The notes: a model not told the origin generated them from the letters alone. DNA of 63,718 nt, filler included, from Craspedostauros australis (GCA_030167865.1; 13 parts of 13 records of this genome joined end to end with filler, not necessarily neighbours in it); one strand, 5' to 3'; positions 1 to 11,815 are shown, counted from the whole stretch's first letter. Program-made: numbers and translations.

Positions 1-1500
1 GGACCTACTTCGGGCCCAACATCTGGACCTACCAGCGGACCTACCAGCGGCCCAACCAGTGGCCCAACGTCTGGACCAACCAGTGGACCAACGTCTGGAC
101 CAACCAGTGGACCAACCAGTGGACCAACCAGTGGACCAACCAGTGGACCAACCAGTGGACCAACCAGTGGACCTACTTCGGGCCCAACATCTGGACCTAC
201 CAGCGGACCAACCAGCGGCCCAACCAGTGGCCCAACTTCCGGACCAACGTCTGGACCAACGTCTGGACCAACCTCTGGACCAACTAGCGGCCCAACCTCA
301 GGACCTACTTCTGGACCCACCAGCGGCCCAACTAGTGGACCAACCTCGGGACCAACATCTGGACCAACGTCTGGACCAACATCTGGACCAACCAGTGAAC
401 CTACTGCGGGACCAACATCCGGACCAACGTCAGGACCTACTTCAGGCCCAACTTCCGGACCAACCTCTGGACCAACTAGCGGGCCGACTTCCGGCCCAAC
501 ATCCGGACCAACCAGCGGACCAACCTCTGGACCAACATCTGGACCTACTTCAGGCCCAACCAGCGGACCAACATCTGGACCAACCTCTGGACCAACCTCT
601 GGACCAACCTCTGGACCAACTAGCGGACCTACTTCGGGCCCAACCTCTGGACCAACCAGCGGACCAACCAGTGGACCAACCAGTGGACCTACATCAGGAC
701 CAACTAGCGGACCAACCAGCGGCCCAACTTCGGGACCAACATCCGGCCCAACCTCTGGACCAACATCCGGCCCAACTTCTGGACCAACTAGCGGACCAAC
801 CAGTGGACCAACTTCCGGCCCAACTAGCGGACCAACTAGCGGACCAACATCTGGACCAACCTCCGGACCTACTTCAGGCCCAACCAGCGGACCAACATCC
901 GGACCAACATCTGGACCAACCTCTGGACCTACTTCGGGACCTACTTCCGGCCCAACTAGCGGACCAACATCTGGACCAACCTCCGGCCCAACTAGTGGAC
1001 CCACATCCGGACCTACTTCCGGACCTACTTCTGGACCAACATCTGGACCAACGAGCGGACCTACCAGTGGACCAACATCTGGACCTACTTCAGGCCCAAC
1101 CAGTGGACCAACCTCTGGACCTACCTCCGGACCAACATCTGGGCCAACTTCCGGCCCAACTAGCGGCCCAACTTCTGGACCAACCAGCGGACCAACATCC
1201 GGACCAACCAGCGGCCCAACATCTGGACCAACCTCCGGACCAACATCTGGGCCAACATCTGGACCCACATCTGGACCCACATCTGGACCCACATCTGGGC
1301 CTACCTTGGGACCAACTAGCGGACCAACCAGTGGACCAACATCCGGTCCAACCAGCGGCCCAACATCTGGACCAACTAGCGGACCAACATCTGGACCAAC
1401 CTCTGGACCTACTTCCGGACCAACCTCTGGACCAACCTCCGGACCTACTTCAGGCCCAACCAGCGGACCAACATCTGGACCAACTAGCGGCCCAACATCT
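1..1500 (+). CDS. Internal fragment of a mucin-like Pro/Thr/Ser-rich protein, 125 x GPTS (frame 1, open at both ends)
   Basis: Frame 1 from base 1 reads gga cct act tcg / ggc cca aca tct / gga cct acc agc... = (GPTS)n with no stop. Variation is almost all synonymous, and Ser uses both TCN and AGY codons. The only non-GPTS units I found are EPTA (397-408) and GPTL (1297-1308). Confidence 0.85.
1..1500 (+). repeat. 12-bp coding tandem repeat (consensus GGACCAACNWSY) with higher-order duplications
   Basis: A strict 12-nt period is kept over 1500 nt. Multi-unit blocks recur, e.g. ggaccaacctccggacctacttcaggcccaaccagcggaccaacatc at about 853-899 and 1429-1475. Confidence 0.97.
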
Positions 1501-1600
1501 NNNNNNNNNNNNNNNNNNNNNNNNNNNNNNNNNNNNNNNNNNNNTTAATTAATTAANNNNNNNNNNNNNNNNNNNNNNNNNNNNNNNNNNNNNNNNNNNN
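1501..1600. other. Artificial contig-joining linker (first of 12)
   Basis: N44 + TTAATTAATTAA (stops in all six frames) + N44. Identical 100-nt linkers occur at 2956-3055, 6512-6611, 8262-8361, 9669-9768, 24059-24158, 25621-25720, 37000-37099, 55480-55579, 57191-57290, 60305-60404 and 62395-62494. Confidence 0.97.
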
Positions 1601-2768
1601 ATTGACAGAAGAGGATGTATTCCACCAATTGATGATATGGAAGGCATGCCAGGAACTACCAATGCCGGTGCCAAAGGTCCACACGTTGGTTCCATTGTTT
1701 GTAGCTCGTTGGAATTCATTCAAGGGCGGCTCCGACTTAATCACCAGAATGGTGAGGCAGCACAAGGCGCAGCCGCCATTTGCAACCTTCCAATGCCAAG
1801 CTGTGGTACGGATTGTGGAAGTCATCCTCCTCTTTCTGCACAAACTAATGCACTACTGTTGCACAGACGATATCCACACAAACAAAGACCTGGAGAACGC
1901 AACGGTGCTGCAGACCTACCGTGACATGCTGAATCATCGCAGCAGTGTTGCTGATTTGTTGGAAACATTGCGAAGGGCATTCGGAGTCATCGTCGCCCAA
2001 GCCGCTGGAAGCAACAGAGAAGCAGGTGATGACGACGAACGCCCAAACTGGTTTATTCAGGGAGCCATCGACAAGACAGCAGACACAGATTCGGATACAG
2101 ACAATCAAATCTACGATGGTAGACCAACTGTTGAAGGCGAGGAGAGGGACGGAAAGAGCATCCGGAACCTGCTGTCTGGGAATCCAGCTGCCCCAACCCC
2201 CGCCATGGCTGCGCTCGAACAACGTCTCCGCACGGGCAGCCATGAGCCCATCTTTTGTGAAAAGGTGAAGAAACCCTGCGTTGTATGTGGGGTTGTAACG
2301 AAATGGATGTGCATGCAGTGTCACTTTTTCGCCTGTGTGCCTCCCACTGCAAATCACAAGAGATAGGGAAAGGCAAATGGAGTGCATACCAGCATCTCAA
2401 TGTCAAATCTACGAAAGAAGGTGAACGAACGAATCATTGCAAGCAACACATGTTTCCGAATGCTCCACGGAAGCAACAGATCATGGACAAGGAAGACCAA
2501 GGCGGATTACACTGAGTGGAGTGCGAAGCAACCGGACAGGAAAGGAGGGAAGCGCAAGACTCCATCAGCAGTGCAAACAAGCAAAGATATCCAATCGAGC
2601 CAAGGAAGGAAACGAGCGAAANCCTCATCCCAGACTCCTGCTGAGACTTCACCAGCACCACAGAGACGGCGGACGCGCTCGGAGACAACTCCACAACGAC
2701 CGCGAACGCGCGCAGCAGCTCAACAAGGAAAGTACAGCCATGGGAATGGGTCAAGATGTAACATATAG
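1601..2768 (+). mobile_element. piggyBac-like transposase, C-terminal part, with premature stop
   Basis: WNSFKGGSDLITRM resembles the piggyBac YNxxKGGVD motif. The Cys-rich domain CVVC..WMCMQC..FAC is completed by CFRMLH only after reading through TAG 2364-2366; ORFs 1602..2366 and 2382..2768 share a frame. Confidence 0.7.
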
Positions 2769-3055
2769 CAAAGTAATAACACACAAACGTCCATCAAATA
2801 CGGGGTGGTGTATCGTTCCTGTGAAGAGGCGCGGCCACAAATCGTTGTGATGCAAGAGGAAGAACGCCGCAGAACGATCATGTCCTGTGAAGAGCGTGGA
2901 GGACATGGATAAGCATGCAATGAACGTATGTATACGAAGAACTGTGATGAGATGCNNNNNNNNNNNNNNNNNNNNNNNNNNNNNNNNNNNNNNNNNNNNT
3001 TAATTAATTAANNNNNNNNNNNNNNNNNNNNNNNNNNNNNNNNNNNNNNNNNNNN

Positions 3056-6000
3056 GCTTTCAATCCTGGCCAGTAGAACAATTGTCTAATGGTTGCCTCC
3101 ATCCGGGTTCGCCCGGGGTGTACAAGGTAATGGTGGTACTAATCGGTTTTTTGGCGCGCACTTCTGTTGGCGCAAATATCTTGTCCTTGTAGTGTACAAG
3201 TTGGACTCCTTCGACCTCTTTTGGTCTGGTATTTTCATCCGGACTAATTTTAATTGTTCGTTGCAACGATTTGTCCTTTTTCTGGTATTTCTCAACCAGT
3301 GCTGGTTTCATCGGGAATTCCTCATTTTCGGTTTCCCGTGTTGACATNNNNNNNNNNNNNNNNNNNNNNNNNNNNNNNNNNNNNNNNNCATCGTCGTCAC
3401 GATGTTCCATTGTTGGGAGTCTTGATAGTGCATCGGCTACTACGTTGTTTTCTCCCTTTACGTGGACTACTTTTGGCCCATATTCTTCCAGCAGGATTCG
3501 CCACCTCTGGAGTCTGTTCGAGGATAGCGGTTTGTACAACAGATTGAGATGATCTGTGTGTATTGTTATTTGCTGACCTAGGAGAATGTTGTTGAATGCT
3601 TTCAGCGATTTGACTATGCTGAGCAATTCCTTCTCTCCTGTGGTGTACCGTGTTTGAGCGGTGTTAATTCTGTGATTATAGAATGCCAGTGGCCTTCCTT
3701 CCTGTGCTATCACGCCACCAACTTGGTAGTCGCTCGCATTGGCATGCACATGGAACTATTTAGTGAAGTCTGGGTATGCTAGGCACTGCCTTTCGCATCA
3801 CCATTTGCTTGGCCTCATCGAAAGCTTTCTTCTTCTGGGGTTTGCCCCAGTGCCATATCATTTCTTGGCAGCGAAGGCGGTAAGCGGGGTCAGTACATGA
3901 CTCCTGCGCTTCCATGTATCGTGGTCATAGTTGATCATGCCTAAGAAACGTCTCAGCTGTCACTTTGTGGACAGCTACAGCACTTGCTGTATCGCTTCCA
4001 CTTTCTTTGGCTGAGGCTCGAGGCTGCGTTGCATCAAGTTGTACCCCAAGTAGTTCAGCTCCTTCATTTTGAGGAATGACCTACACAGGTTCACTGCGAA
4101 CCTGGCATCTTGGATATGCCCAAGTTCTGGATGGGGGGTGTCGAATGGGATATGGTAGTACCCCATCAACAAGTTGAACGCTACAGCATACTTGAACTGT
4201 TCCAGCTTCTAAAGCATGTCCTGTATTTTTGGCAACGGATACGGTCGCCGTTTCAGGTGCTTATTGAGCTCCTGGAAGTCGGTTAGTACTTGGACATCTC
4301 CAGTCTTCTTTCGCTGGATGAAGCTGGGTGCAGCCCAGTCACTGTTGGAGAACTTCTCCCACACTCCGATCATCTCAAATCATTTACTCTCCTTCTTTAT
4401 TACCTGCTCATTGGCTTTGGGTACTGGAAAGGCTTTGCCATGGAATGGCTTTGCATTTGATTTGAGTTCCAGATGTACTGGACTGATCTTCAACGTACCC
4501 AGGCCTCCTTTGAAGGTCCTTGGTGTGCGTGGGAGTGTTGCAAACAGCTTCTGCTGTTGCTCTTTCACTGAGATGGCTCAGTTTGAACATGTATTTGTAC
4601 AGTGCTATTTTTGCTGTAGTTAGCATCCACTATCCATTCTGTCTTCTGCTTTATTGAGCAGGGTAGACTGCATTGCTATTCGGCATGCGATGCTGATCGC
4701 TTCCTTGTCCGTTAGTACTTCACGATGCCCTATTGGGATCATGACATTGTCCCATATTATTGAGTTGCTTGAGAATGACAAGTCTATTCCCAGCTCATGC
4801 ATCAAGTCTGTGCCCACGATCGTATTGTACTGGGCATTCTCAGCTTGCATTGTACTATCAACGTGCATGATCCAACGGATGGATTTATGTGAATGGAATT
4901 TGAGTAGCACTAGATTTATCGTGGCCAGATTGGACATGCAGACTCTGCCGTCCATCGTTTTCCACTTCATGATTCCCTTTTCATGTCGCAATTTGCGAGG
5001 AGTGCACTTCCTCAACACCAGGCAACTTGATGTGCCAGAGTCTAGTAGGACACGCATTTGAATCAATTTGCTTTTGCTATCAACCGCTTCACCAATGATT
5101 TTTGGTGAACATGTGGTCATGTTTCCTGCACTTGGCCTTTCGGCTAGCCAGGCTATAGCAATTCGCTGCACATTTGTGTGTAGGCATTGGATATTCGGTG
5201 TATTCGCTGCTACTAGCACGGTTACCGTTATTGTTGTGGTTCAACTGACTCAGTTGGTTGGCGTTTTCATCGTTTTCATCGGCGATGCTACGCTTCTTCT
5301 TTGGGTTCCTCTTGCTTCGGCAAGGATTGAACGAGTTGATTGAAGACCTCTTGGGTCAAGACCACACTGAGGTTCTCACCACTCTTATTGGAAGCCCTTT
5401 TGCCCTTTTCGGGACATGCCAACCGCTTGGGCAGAGGCTTGCAATCTCCGGATCATGCCAGCACTTGCTGGTTTCGTGTCCGTTTCGGCCGCATCTCCCA
5501 CTAACGGGAATGGGTTTTTTCCGTGACTGCATTTTGCATTTATTGTTATTATTAAGGCTTTTACCGCGTCTTTCGCGGCTGCGTTCGTCACTTGCGTTAC
5601 GCTTGCCTTTGTTAGCGCCATTGCCCTTTTTGAGGGGGCGATAGCTATTCACCACATCAAGGAGGCGACGATTGAGCTGCTCAAAAGAGTACTCATACAC
5701 CTGGTACCTGCTTTGGAGCAGGACACGGCTGTATTCTTCCGGACTTGCTTGGTCCAAAATCTCCACCAGCTCAAAGTCTGGGGATGCCGTTGGTGTAATG
5801 TTAGGACCCGGATTTATCATGAATGGAAGGTACTGATTTAGTTCCAATCATCGGGTGCGGAAGCTTGCCAGTTTGCCATGATTAAAGGATGCGTGCTGGC
5901 GCATCTACTTGCACTGGCGTCATCAAGGGCTTGTCAGGTGTCCACAGAATGGAGCACTCACAGCATTCAGCCCTTCTTGGAGCTTTCTGTTTGATGCCTG

Positions 6001-6350
6001 CACTGCTGGTCATACTTGAGCAGTTCTGTGCACGAGGTGCAACATCTTCTGCCCTGCAGATGCCATGCTCTTCGCTGCCATGAGAGCGTCGAATTCGCAG
6101 CGACAATTCAGTCATTCTTCTGCGCTGCAGTTGTCATGCGCTTCCATCCTTGAGCTTGAGGACTGATGTCTCCACTGTCTTGATATTGCCCTCATCTGAA
6201 TGATCTTCGCGGGCATCCATCTTGATGTGCATCTGCGTGGGTGCTTCTTCACTTCTGGACTCTCCCAATGGAGGACAGGCTCCTGCCCTGGCTTGACTTT
6301 GCTCATCTTGCTTGGACTTGAATGTTCAACCGCAAGGAGTGATATCACTG
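3056..6350 (-). mobile_element. Degenerate Ty3/Gypsy LTR retrotransposon (gag-PR-RT-RH-start of IN)
   Basis: Gag with a zinc-knuckle remnant (CGRNGHETSKC), then aspartic protease VLLDSGTSS (4620-5219), RT remnants (KPFHGKAFPVP; LMGYYHI; ELNYLGY) and RNase H (ASDYQVGGVIAQEGRPLAFY...EKELLSIV...TDHLNL...ENNVVADALSRL). This is the Gypsy domain order. There are many stops and frameshifts, and the RT core is deleted. Confidence 0.92.
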
Positions 6351-6611
6351 TGCCTTATGCCGGCGGACGATTGATGTTCATACGATTGCTAATGATAATG
6401 AATGTTGTTGTTGATGATGTAAGATCAAAAATTATGATTACTTGAGCTATCTCTCTCCCTTCTGCAGTCTGCACCTCTTGTCAATCGTATTCATGCATTT
6501 CGAGATCATGTNNNNNNNNNNNNNNNNNNNNNNNNNNNNNNNNNNNNNNNNNNNNTTAATTAATTAANNNNNNNNNNNNNNNNNNNNNNNNNNNNNNNNN
6601 NNNNNNNNNNN

Positions 6612-7820
6612 GATCTGTCATTGATGTCTTCTGTGGCCTTGGGATATTCCTCCTTCATCTGTGTTACCAGTTCTGGGTGTGATGGCGTTGCATTGGAGTT
6701 GTCAATTATCATTGGCCTGGAATCGATCTGTGTTCGCAGAGTGGACTTGTGCTTGAGATAGCCCCATACTTTGAGTGCACGTTCAAGATGTCCTTTCCGT
6801 AGTGATGCAGTGAAGTGTGAAAGTGAGGAAGTTGCAAATGCGACGTTGAAATATCCAAGCTGGACATCCCAGTTTAGCATGCCAATGAGCTGCTGGATTT
6901 TTTGTTGCTTGCCAGGTGTTAGTAGTTTGGAGTCATCCGTTTCCNGATGGTCCTTGTTCCTCATGGGAACATGTTGGCTGTGAAGTGATCCATGCTGGCA
7001 CTTGCCTTTGTCCAGTGCATTTGAGATGTATTTGCTGCATCCAGTGCTCCATTTGCCTTTTGCATTTCTGGATTAGTCATTCCTGAGATAGTATATGGGT
7101 GGGCCAATATCCTTGATTGTGTTGACCTGTTGGATTGACTTTGTGTATTGATTTGTGTCCTTTGGTACAATCTTGAAATCGTCAACATGTGTGCAGATGT
7201 AGTCGTCTCCGGATTTGTCTTGGAGTCTGATCCATACATCTTGGTTGTGGCGCAATGGCTTGAATCCCATGGAAGATAGTGTGTTGGCGAAGTGAGCATG
7301 GAATCATTGGCCACTGGATTGGAGCCCACACATTGATTTCTTGAGTACAATTGTCTGGCCCTCTCTGTGATTGAATTCCTTTCCTGCTCTCGCGCATATC
7401 TTCTTGTTGGTGTAGGTGTTGACGAATGTGTTGCCAATATCGCTGCAGAGTTGCTGGAATTTGTTCGCATCTGCGATTGCATGGAGGATACGCATGCTGG
7501 TGGAGTTGACTGTTGATGAGGACATGCGTATGTTGTCTACGAGCTCAATGAGGCATCCTCCAGCTATGAGCCTTGCCTTGCGCCACAGATCTTGTTTGAC
7601 CACGGAGATGAGCCTGAGCTTTGTGCTCTGGTATTCAGTTGATGGTCAATGTGTGGATGGACGAGACTCGAAGCAGGCAAGGTTGATGAGTGCATCAATC
7701 TCCTTCTTGGCTTCCACCTTCCACATGTCGTTGTTGTTGGCTTGGTTGAGTTGTAGTGTGTGCTTCATGTTGCGTAGCACTTCGCCCCTGTACTGGAATA
7801 CTGTGGTGAAGAAGTGTTAG
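6612..7820 (-). mobile_element. Degenerate Ty1/Copia reverse transcriptase fragment
   Basis: RKARLIAGG, SDIGNTFVN, LKKSMCGLQSSG, YICTHVDDFKI, QQLIGMLNW and GHLERALKVWGYLK are spread over several frames. Confidence 0.9.
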
Positions 7821-7876
7821 ACTTGAGGAATTGGTGGTAACGTAGGGTAGAACGCGTCCTTCTGCAATTGATCAGA

Positions 7877-8261
7877 TCGAGAAGGGGGCGTTCACTGGAA
7901 GTCTGTTGGGAACTCAAATGTTATTACAAACTTAAGAGTTGTGAGCTTACTCTCTGACCTCTGTTCATGTCCATGCCTCTGCTCTTGCATTCCTCTGTTC
8001 TGCATGCATCGGATAGGATCTTTACATCTCTTCAGGTTCAACTGGTTTGGGTCAGTAGCTATCTCACAGTATCGTTCTTGTTTCATGGTACCTTGTATCT
8101 GATACCCAATACCTTGGTACTTCTTTAGTTTCGTTTCTCGTTGAGCTATTCGCTCGTAATGTGACCATTTCATGGTCCGTGTTGGTTCAGGATACGATTC
8201 ATACGCACAACTAAGCTCGAACACGAGAGAGAGCTGTGCGGAATAAAGCATAATGCTAATA
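7877..8261 (+). mobile_element. Possible polypurine tract plus 3' LTR of another retroelement
   Basis: GAGAAGGGGG at about 7879-7888 is followed by non-coding sequence with AATAAA at 8242-8247. The expected TG start is not exact, and no second copy is visible. Confidence 0.25.
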
Positions 8262-8361
8262 NNNNNNNNNNNNNNNNNNNNNNNNNNNNNNNNNNNNNNN
8301 NNNNNTTAATTAATTAANNNNNNNNNNNNNNNNNNNNNNNNNNNNNNNNNNNNNNNNNNNN

Positions 8362-9668
8362 CCATGGAGAACAAGACCATCTATGGCGCTGACATTTACA
8401 ATGCATTTGCTGAGGCTTCTTGTGGTGCACAGAAGTACTACATGCCTGTTGATAGCCCCTTTGCTGAATGGTGACAGTCGTAGGGACGCGCACCCATTCC
8501 GTGTGGCTGCATTACTCTCATCAGCAAGAATCTTCAGGGTCATTCCTGAGCACTATGGCAGTGGGCGGTGCACATCGATGCACAGCTGCAGCACATGGGT
8601 TTCAGGCCCATCATGCATACTCTATGCCTATACCGCGGCGCTTACAAAGAACACAACATGCTCTTTCTATGTCAGGTTGATGACTTTGCCATTGCATGCA
8701 GCGATGTAGCGGCTTGCTCCACGATCTGCGATGAGCTTGGATTCGTTCCTGTTCATTCCCATGAAATNNNNNNNNNNNNNNNNNNNNNNNNNNNNNNNNN
8801 NNNNNNNNNNNNNNNNNNNNNNNNNNNNNNNNNNNNNNNNNNNNNNNNNNNNNNNNNNNNNNNNNNNNNNNNNNNNNNNNNNNNNNNNNNNNNNNCTCAC
8901 TCCAATGGATGATGGCAATGCGCACATACGCAAGCTGGACGATTCTGAAGCCTTGGATGCATGCGGCCTCAAGCAGGCACAGACAGACATTGAATGCTAT
9001 TGTGAGGCTATTGGTGAACTCATCTGTCCTATGATCACCTGTAGGCCAGCCATCGCTTTTCCCATCGTGAAACTCTTGCAATTCTTGGCGAGGCTGGCCA
9101 TAGATCATTTNNNNNNNGCCAAGCAGGTTTCTCGATATCTCTTCCACACTCCCGCTCAAGGCATCGCGCTGCATTGCACCGACGCTGTCCCTGCACTACT
9201 GCCCATGCCTGTTCCAGCCAAGCAAACGCCAGTGCATGATGATGCATTTGGCCATCCAGCAGAACAACCCAATGTCCTCTAAAGGTATGCTGACAGTGAT
9301 TGGGCCATGGATATTCAGCAACAACAGTCGGTGTCGTCCATCGTTTTCCATCTCGCTGCTGCTGCTGTCGCATGGAAACCAAGAGTGCAGATCACGGTCG
9401 CCATGTCCAGCACAGAGGCTGAACCTCTCTGTGCTTCCGATGCTGGCCACATGGAATTCTGCATTTGTTGCATCCTTGACAAGCTTGGTGTACTTCAGCG
9501 GGGTGGTACGGTGCTGTACGAGAACAACTGAATTGCGCTAATGATGGCCAATGCACGGCAGCCCTCGCGTCGCACACGCCACGGCGCCATTCGACATTTT
9601 GCTGTTCAACAGTGGGTGGAAAACAGCCACATTGCGTTCGCAGAAACTTGTCTGCTTTGATCGCTGCC
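8362..9668 (+). mobile_element. Degenerate Ty1/Copia RT-RNase H fragment (CoDi-like)
   Basis: IYGADIYNAFAEA, LFLCQVDDFAIA, EAIGELICPMITCRPAIAF, GYADSDWA, AVAWKPRVQITVAMSSTEAE and LYENN. Homologous by eye to the RT in 60405-62394. Confidence 0.9.
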
Positions 9669-9768
9669 NNNNNNNNNNNNNNNNNNNNNNNNNNNNNNNN
9701 NNNNNNNNNNNNTTAATTAATTAANNNNNNNNNNNNNNNNNNNNNNNNNNNNNNNNNNNNNNNNNNNN

Positions 9769-10499
9769 CTCATGGAGCGGGCGAAGTCCACCAATGTTGC
9801 CCGATCCATGTATGAATCCACATGTACTGTACCCTCATCCTCATCTACAACCATGTACAGCTTCACCATAGACATACGGCTGCACTCATCATCAATATCA
9901 TCACTCTTGGCTCTCCCACTGCAAAACATCTGGATCTCCGTCATCAGGTGGGGTTGTAGAATCAGTTTGCTTAAATCTAGATAAGTGAACATATCTTTCT
10001 CACTTTCAGCTGCCATCCTCATTGCTGCATCCTTCAACACCAAGCAGTTGTGTTGATTGACGAATATCAACGCGTCTATCATGGTGGCCTCTGTGAGATG
10101 CTTGCGGGCCAACTCTGCTTCAAGAACAAGCTTGAGTCGCCAGAAGCCGAATTCGTTGGCCACAAGGATCAGCTGTTGCAGATCATCTTGTCCATTGAGA
10201 GTGGGAGTTGGCTGATGAGAGGCATCTACATCGTGTTTAGCGCTGGTGTGAGCGCCGACGCGAGCAGCAGTGTTTTCACGAACGCTGTCATGAAAGGATA
10301 TCTTGGCTGTGTAGATGCATTGGAGGACGTATCGGACGTGTTTTGGTTGAAGGTTGGGAAGAGGGATGGTCGTTTGGATGGGTTCAGTTCTATCTTGAGC
10401 ACCATCGTGAGTGCATTGATGTTGGATTCCTTTGTCGATCAGTGTCTCAATGGAGGGGACATTGATCATGAGGACTTCGGAGTTTGCTTTGATTCGTTG
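9769..10499 (-). CDS. BTB/POZ-BACK-like domain (SPOP-type), 3' end truncated by contig end; probably exon 2 of the ankyrin gene
   Basis: RIKANSEVL..., IPLPNLQPKHVRYVLQCIYT, LQQLILVANEFGFWRLKLVLEAEL and MIDALIFVNQHNCLVLKDAAM match the BTB/BACK helical pattern. Confidence 0.8.
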
Positions 10500-10573
10500 C
10501 TGTTAGTCGCCCTGTCCACACAAGAAGATATTGTCTGCCTTGTTCTCAGTTTGGAAGGATCTGAGCTGTCCTC

Positions 10574-11815
10574 TCAAATGCTGACCTTGGTCCTCTTGTG
10601 GCTGCTGTGTTTGTGTTCATTCTCTTGCTTCTTTCGCTTCAACTGGTGTCTCGACTGTTGTTGTAGTAGTTGTTGTTGTTGTTCATTCTCTTGTTCCTTC
10701 GGCTTCAACTGCTGTCCCAACTGTTCTTGTGGTTGTTCATTCTCTTGCTCGTTTTGTTGCAAGCGTTGTTGCAGTTGTGGGTGGACTGAAGGCGAGAGTT
10801 CTCTAATGAGAGACTCGATACACTCCAGCTTGCCGTTGCGGCATGCCCAATGAAGGGGAGTCCAACCATTGTTGTCTTTGCAGTTGATGTTCGCTCCACC
10901 TGATTTGGTGAGGCACTCGATGTACTCCAGGTGGCCGTTGTGGCATGCCAAATGAAGGGGAGTGGAACCATCGTTGTTTTGGCAGTTGATGTTTGCTCCA
11001 CCTGATTCGGTGAGGTACTCCACGCACTCCAGGTGGCCGTCGTGGCATGCCTGATGAAGGGGAGTGGAACCATCGATGTTTTGGCAGTTGATGTTCGCTC
11101 CACCTGATTTGGTGAGGTACTTCACACACTCCAGGTGGCCGTTGTGGCATGCCAAATGAAGGGGAGTGGAACCATCGTTGTTTTGGCAGTTGATGTTCGC
11201 TCCACCTGATTCGGTGAGGTACTCCACGCACTCCAGGTGGCCGTCGTGGCATGCCCGATGAAGGGGAGTGATACCATCGTTGTCTTCGCAGTTGATGTTC
11301 GCCTCACATGATTCAATGAGGTACTTCACACACTCCAGGTGGCCTTTGTGGCATGCCTCATGAAGGGGAGTGATACCATCGCTGTCTTGGCAGTTGATGT
11401 TCGCCTCACATGATTCGATGAGGTACTTCACACACTCCAGGTGGCCGTTGTGGCATGCCACATGAAGGGGAGTGAGACCATTGTTGGCTTTGCAGTTGAT
11501 GTTCGCCTCACATGATTCGATGAGGTACTTCACACACTCCTGGTGGCCGTTGCGGCATGCCTCATGAAGGGGAGTCCAATCATAGTAGTCTTGGCAGTTG
11601 ACGTTCGCCTCACATGATTCGATGAGGTACTTGACACACTCCAGGTGGCTGCCGAGGCATGCATAATGAAGGGGAGTGAAACCATCTCCGTCTGTAGCCA
11701 TGTTGACATCAACTCCTTCATTCTGCGTCTTGTTCTGCTTCTTCCATTCCTTCAACACCGACAAGTCACCTGTTTTGGTAGCATCAAGGAGTTCTTTGTC
11801 CGTAACATACTGCAT
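10574..11815 (-). CDS. Ankyrin-repeat protein (9 x 34-aa repeats plus Q/E-rich linker)
   Basis: Nine units of [DN]GxTPLHxACxxGHLECVxYLxxSxxANINC. Likely start is MQYVTDKELL (ATG 11815). A possible GT..AG intron at 10500-10585 joins it in frame to the BTB domain. Confidence 0.92.
   Translation of the reverse strand: MQYVTDKELLDATKTGDLSVLKEWKKQNKTQNEGVDVNMATDGDGFTPLHYACLGSHLECVKYLIESCEANVNCQDYYDWTPLHEACRNGHQECVKYLIESCEANINCKANNGLTPLHVACHNGHLECVKYLIESCEANINCQDSDGITPLHEACHKGHLECVKYLIESCEANINCEDNDGITPLHRACHDGHLECVEYLTESGGANINCQNNDGSTPLHLACHNGHLECVKYLTKSGGANINCQNIDGSTPLHQACHDGHLECVEYLTESGGANINCQNNDGSTPLHLACHNGHLEYIECLTKSGGANINCKDNNGWTPLHWACRNGKLECIESLIRELSPSVHPQLQQRLQQNEQENEQPQEQLGQQLKPKEQENEQQQQLLQQQSRHQLKRKKQENEHKHSSHKRTKVSI
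10800..11686 (-). repeat. 102-bp tandem repeat encoding the ankyrin array
   Basis: Near-identical 102-nt units. Units 5/7 and 6/8 are most alike, which points to a recent 204-bp dimer duplication. Confidence 0.92.

Noticed and set aside
59..1552. 497-aa DQP/LDQ-rich ORF
   Set aside because: Shadow frame of the GPTS repeat: nucleotide variation is non-synonymous here and synonymous in frame 1.
1545..1556. TTAA next to the piggyBac transposase as a target site
   Set aside because: Part of the artificial linker present at every contig join.
10050..11721. Cys-rich plus-strand ORF and repetitive alternative-frame ORFs over the ankyrin gene
   Set aside because: Antisense and off-frame shadows of the ankyrin and Q/E repeats.
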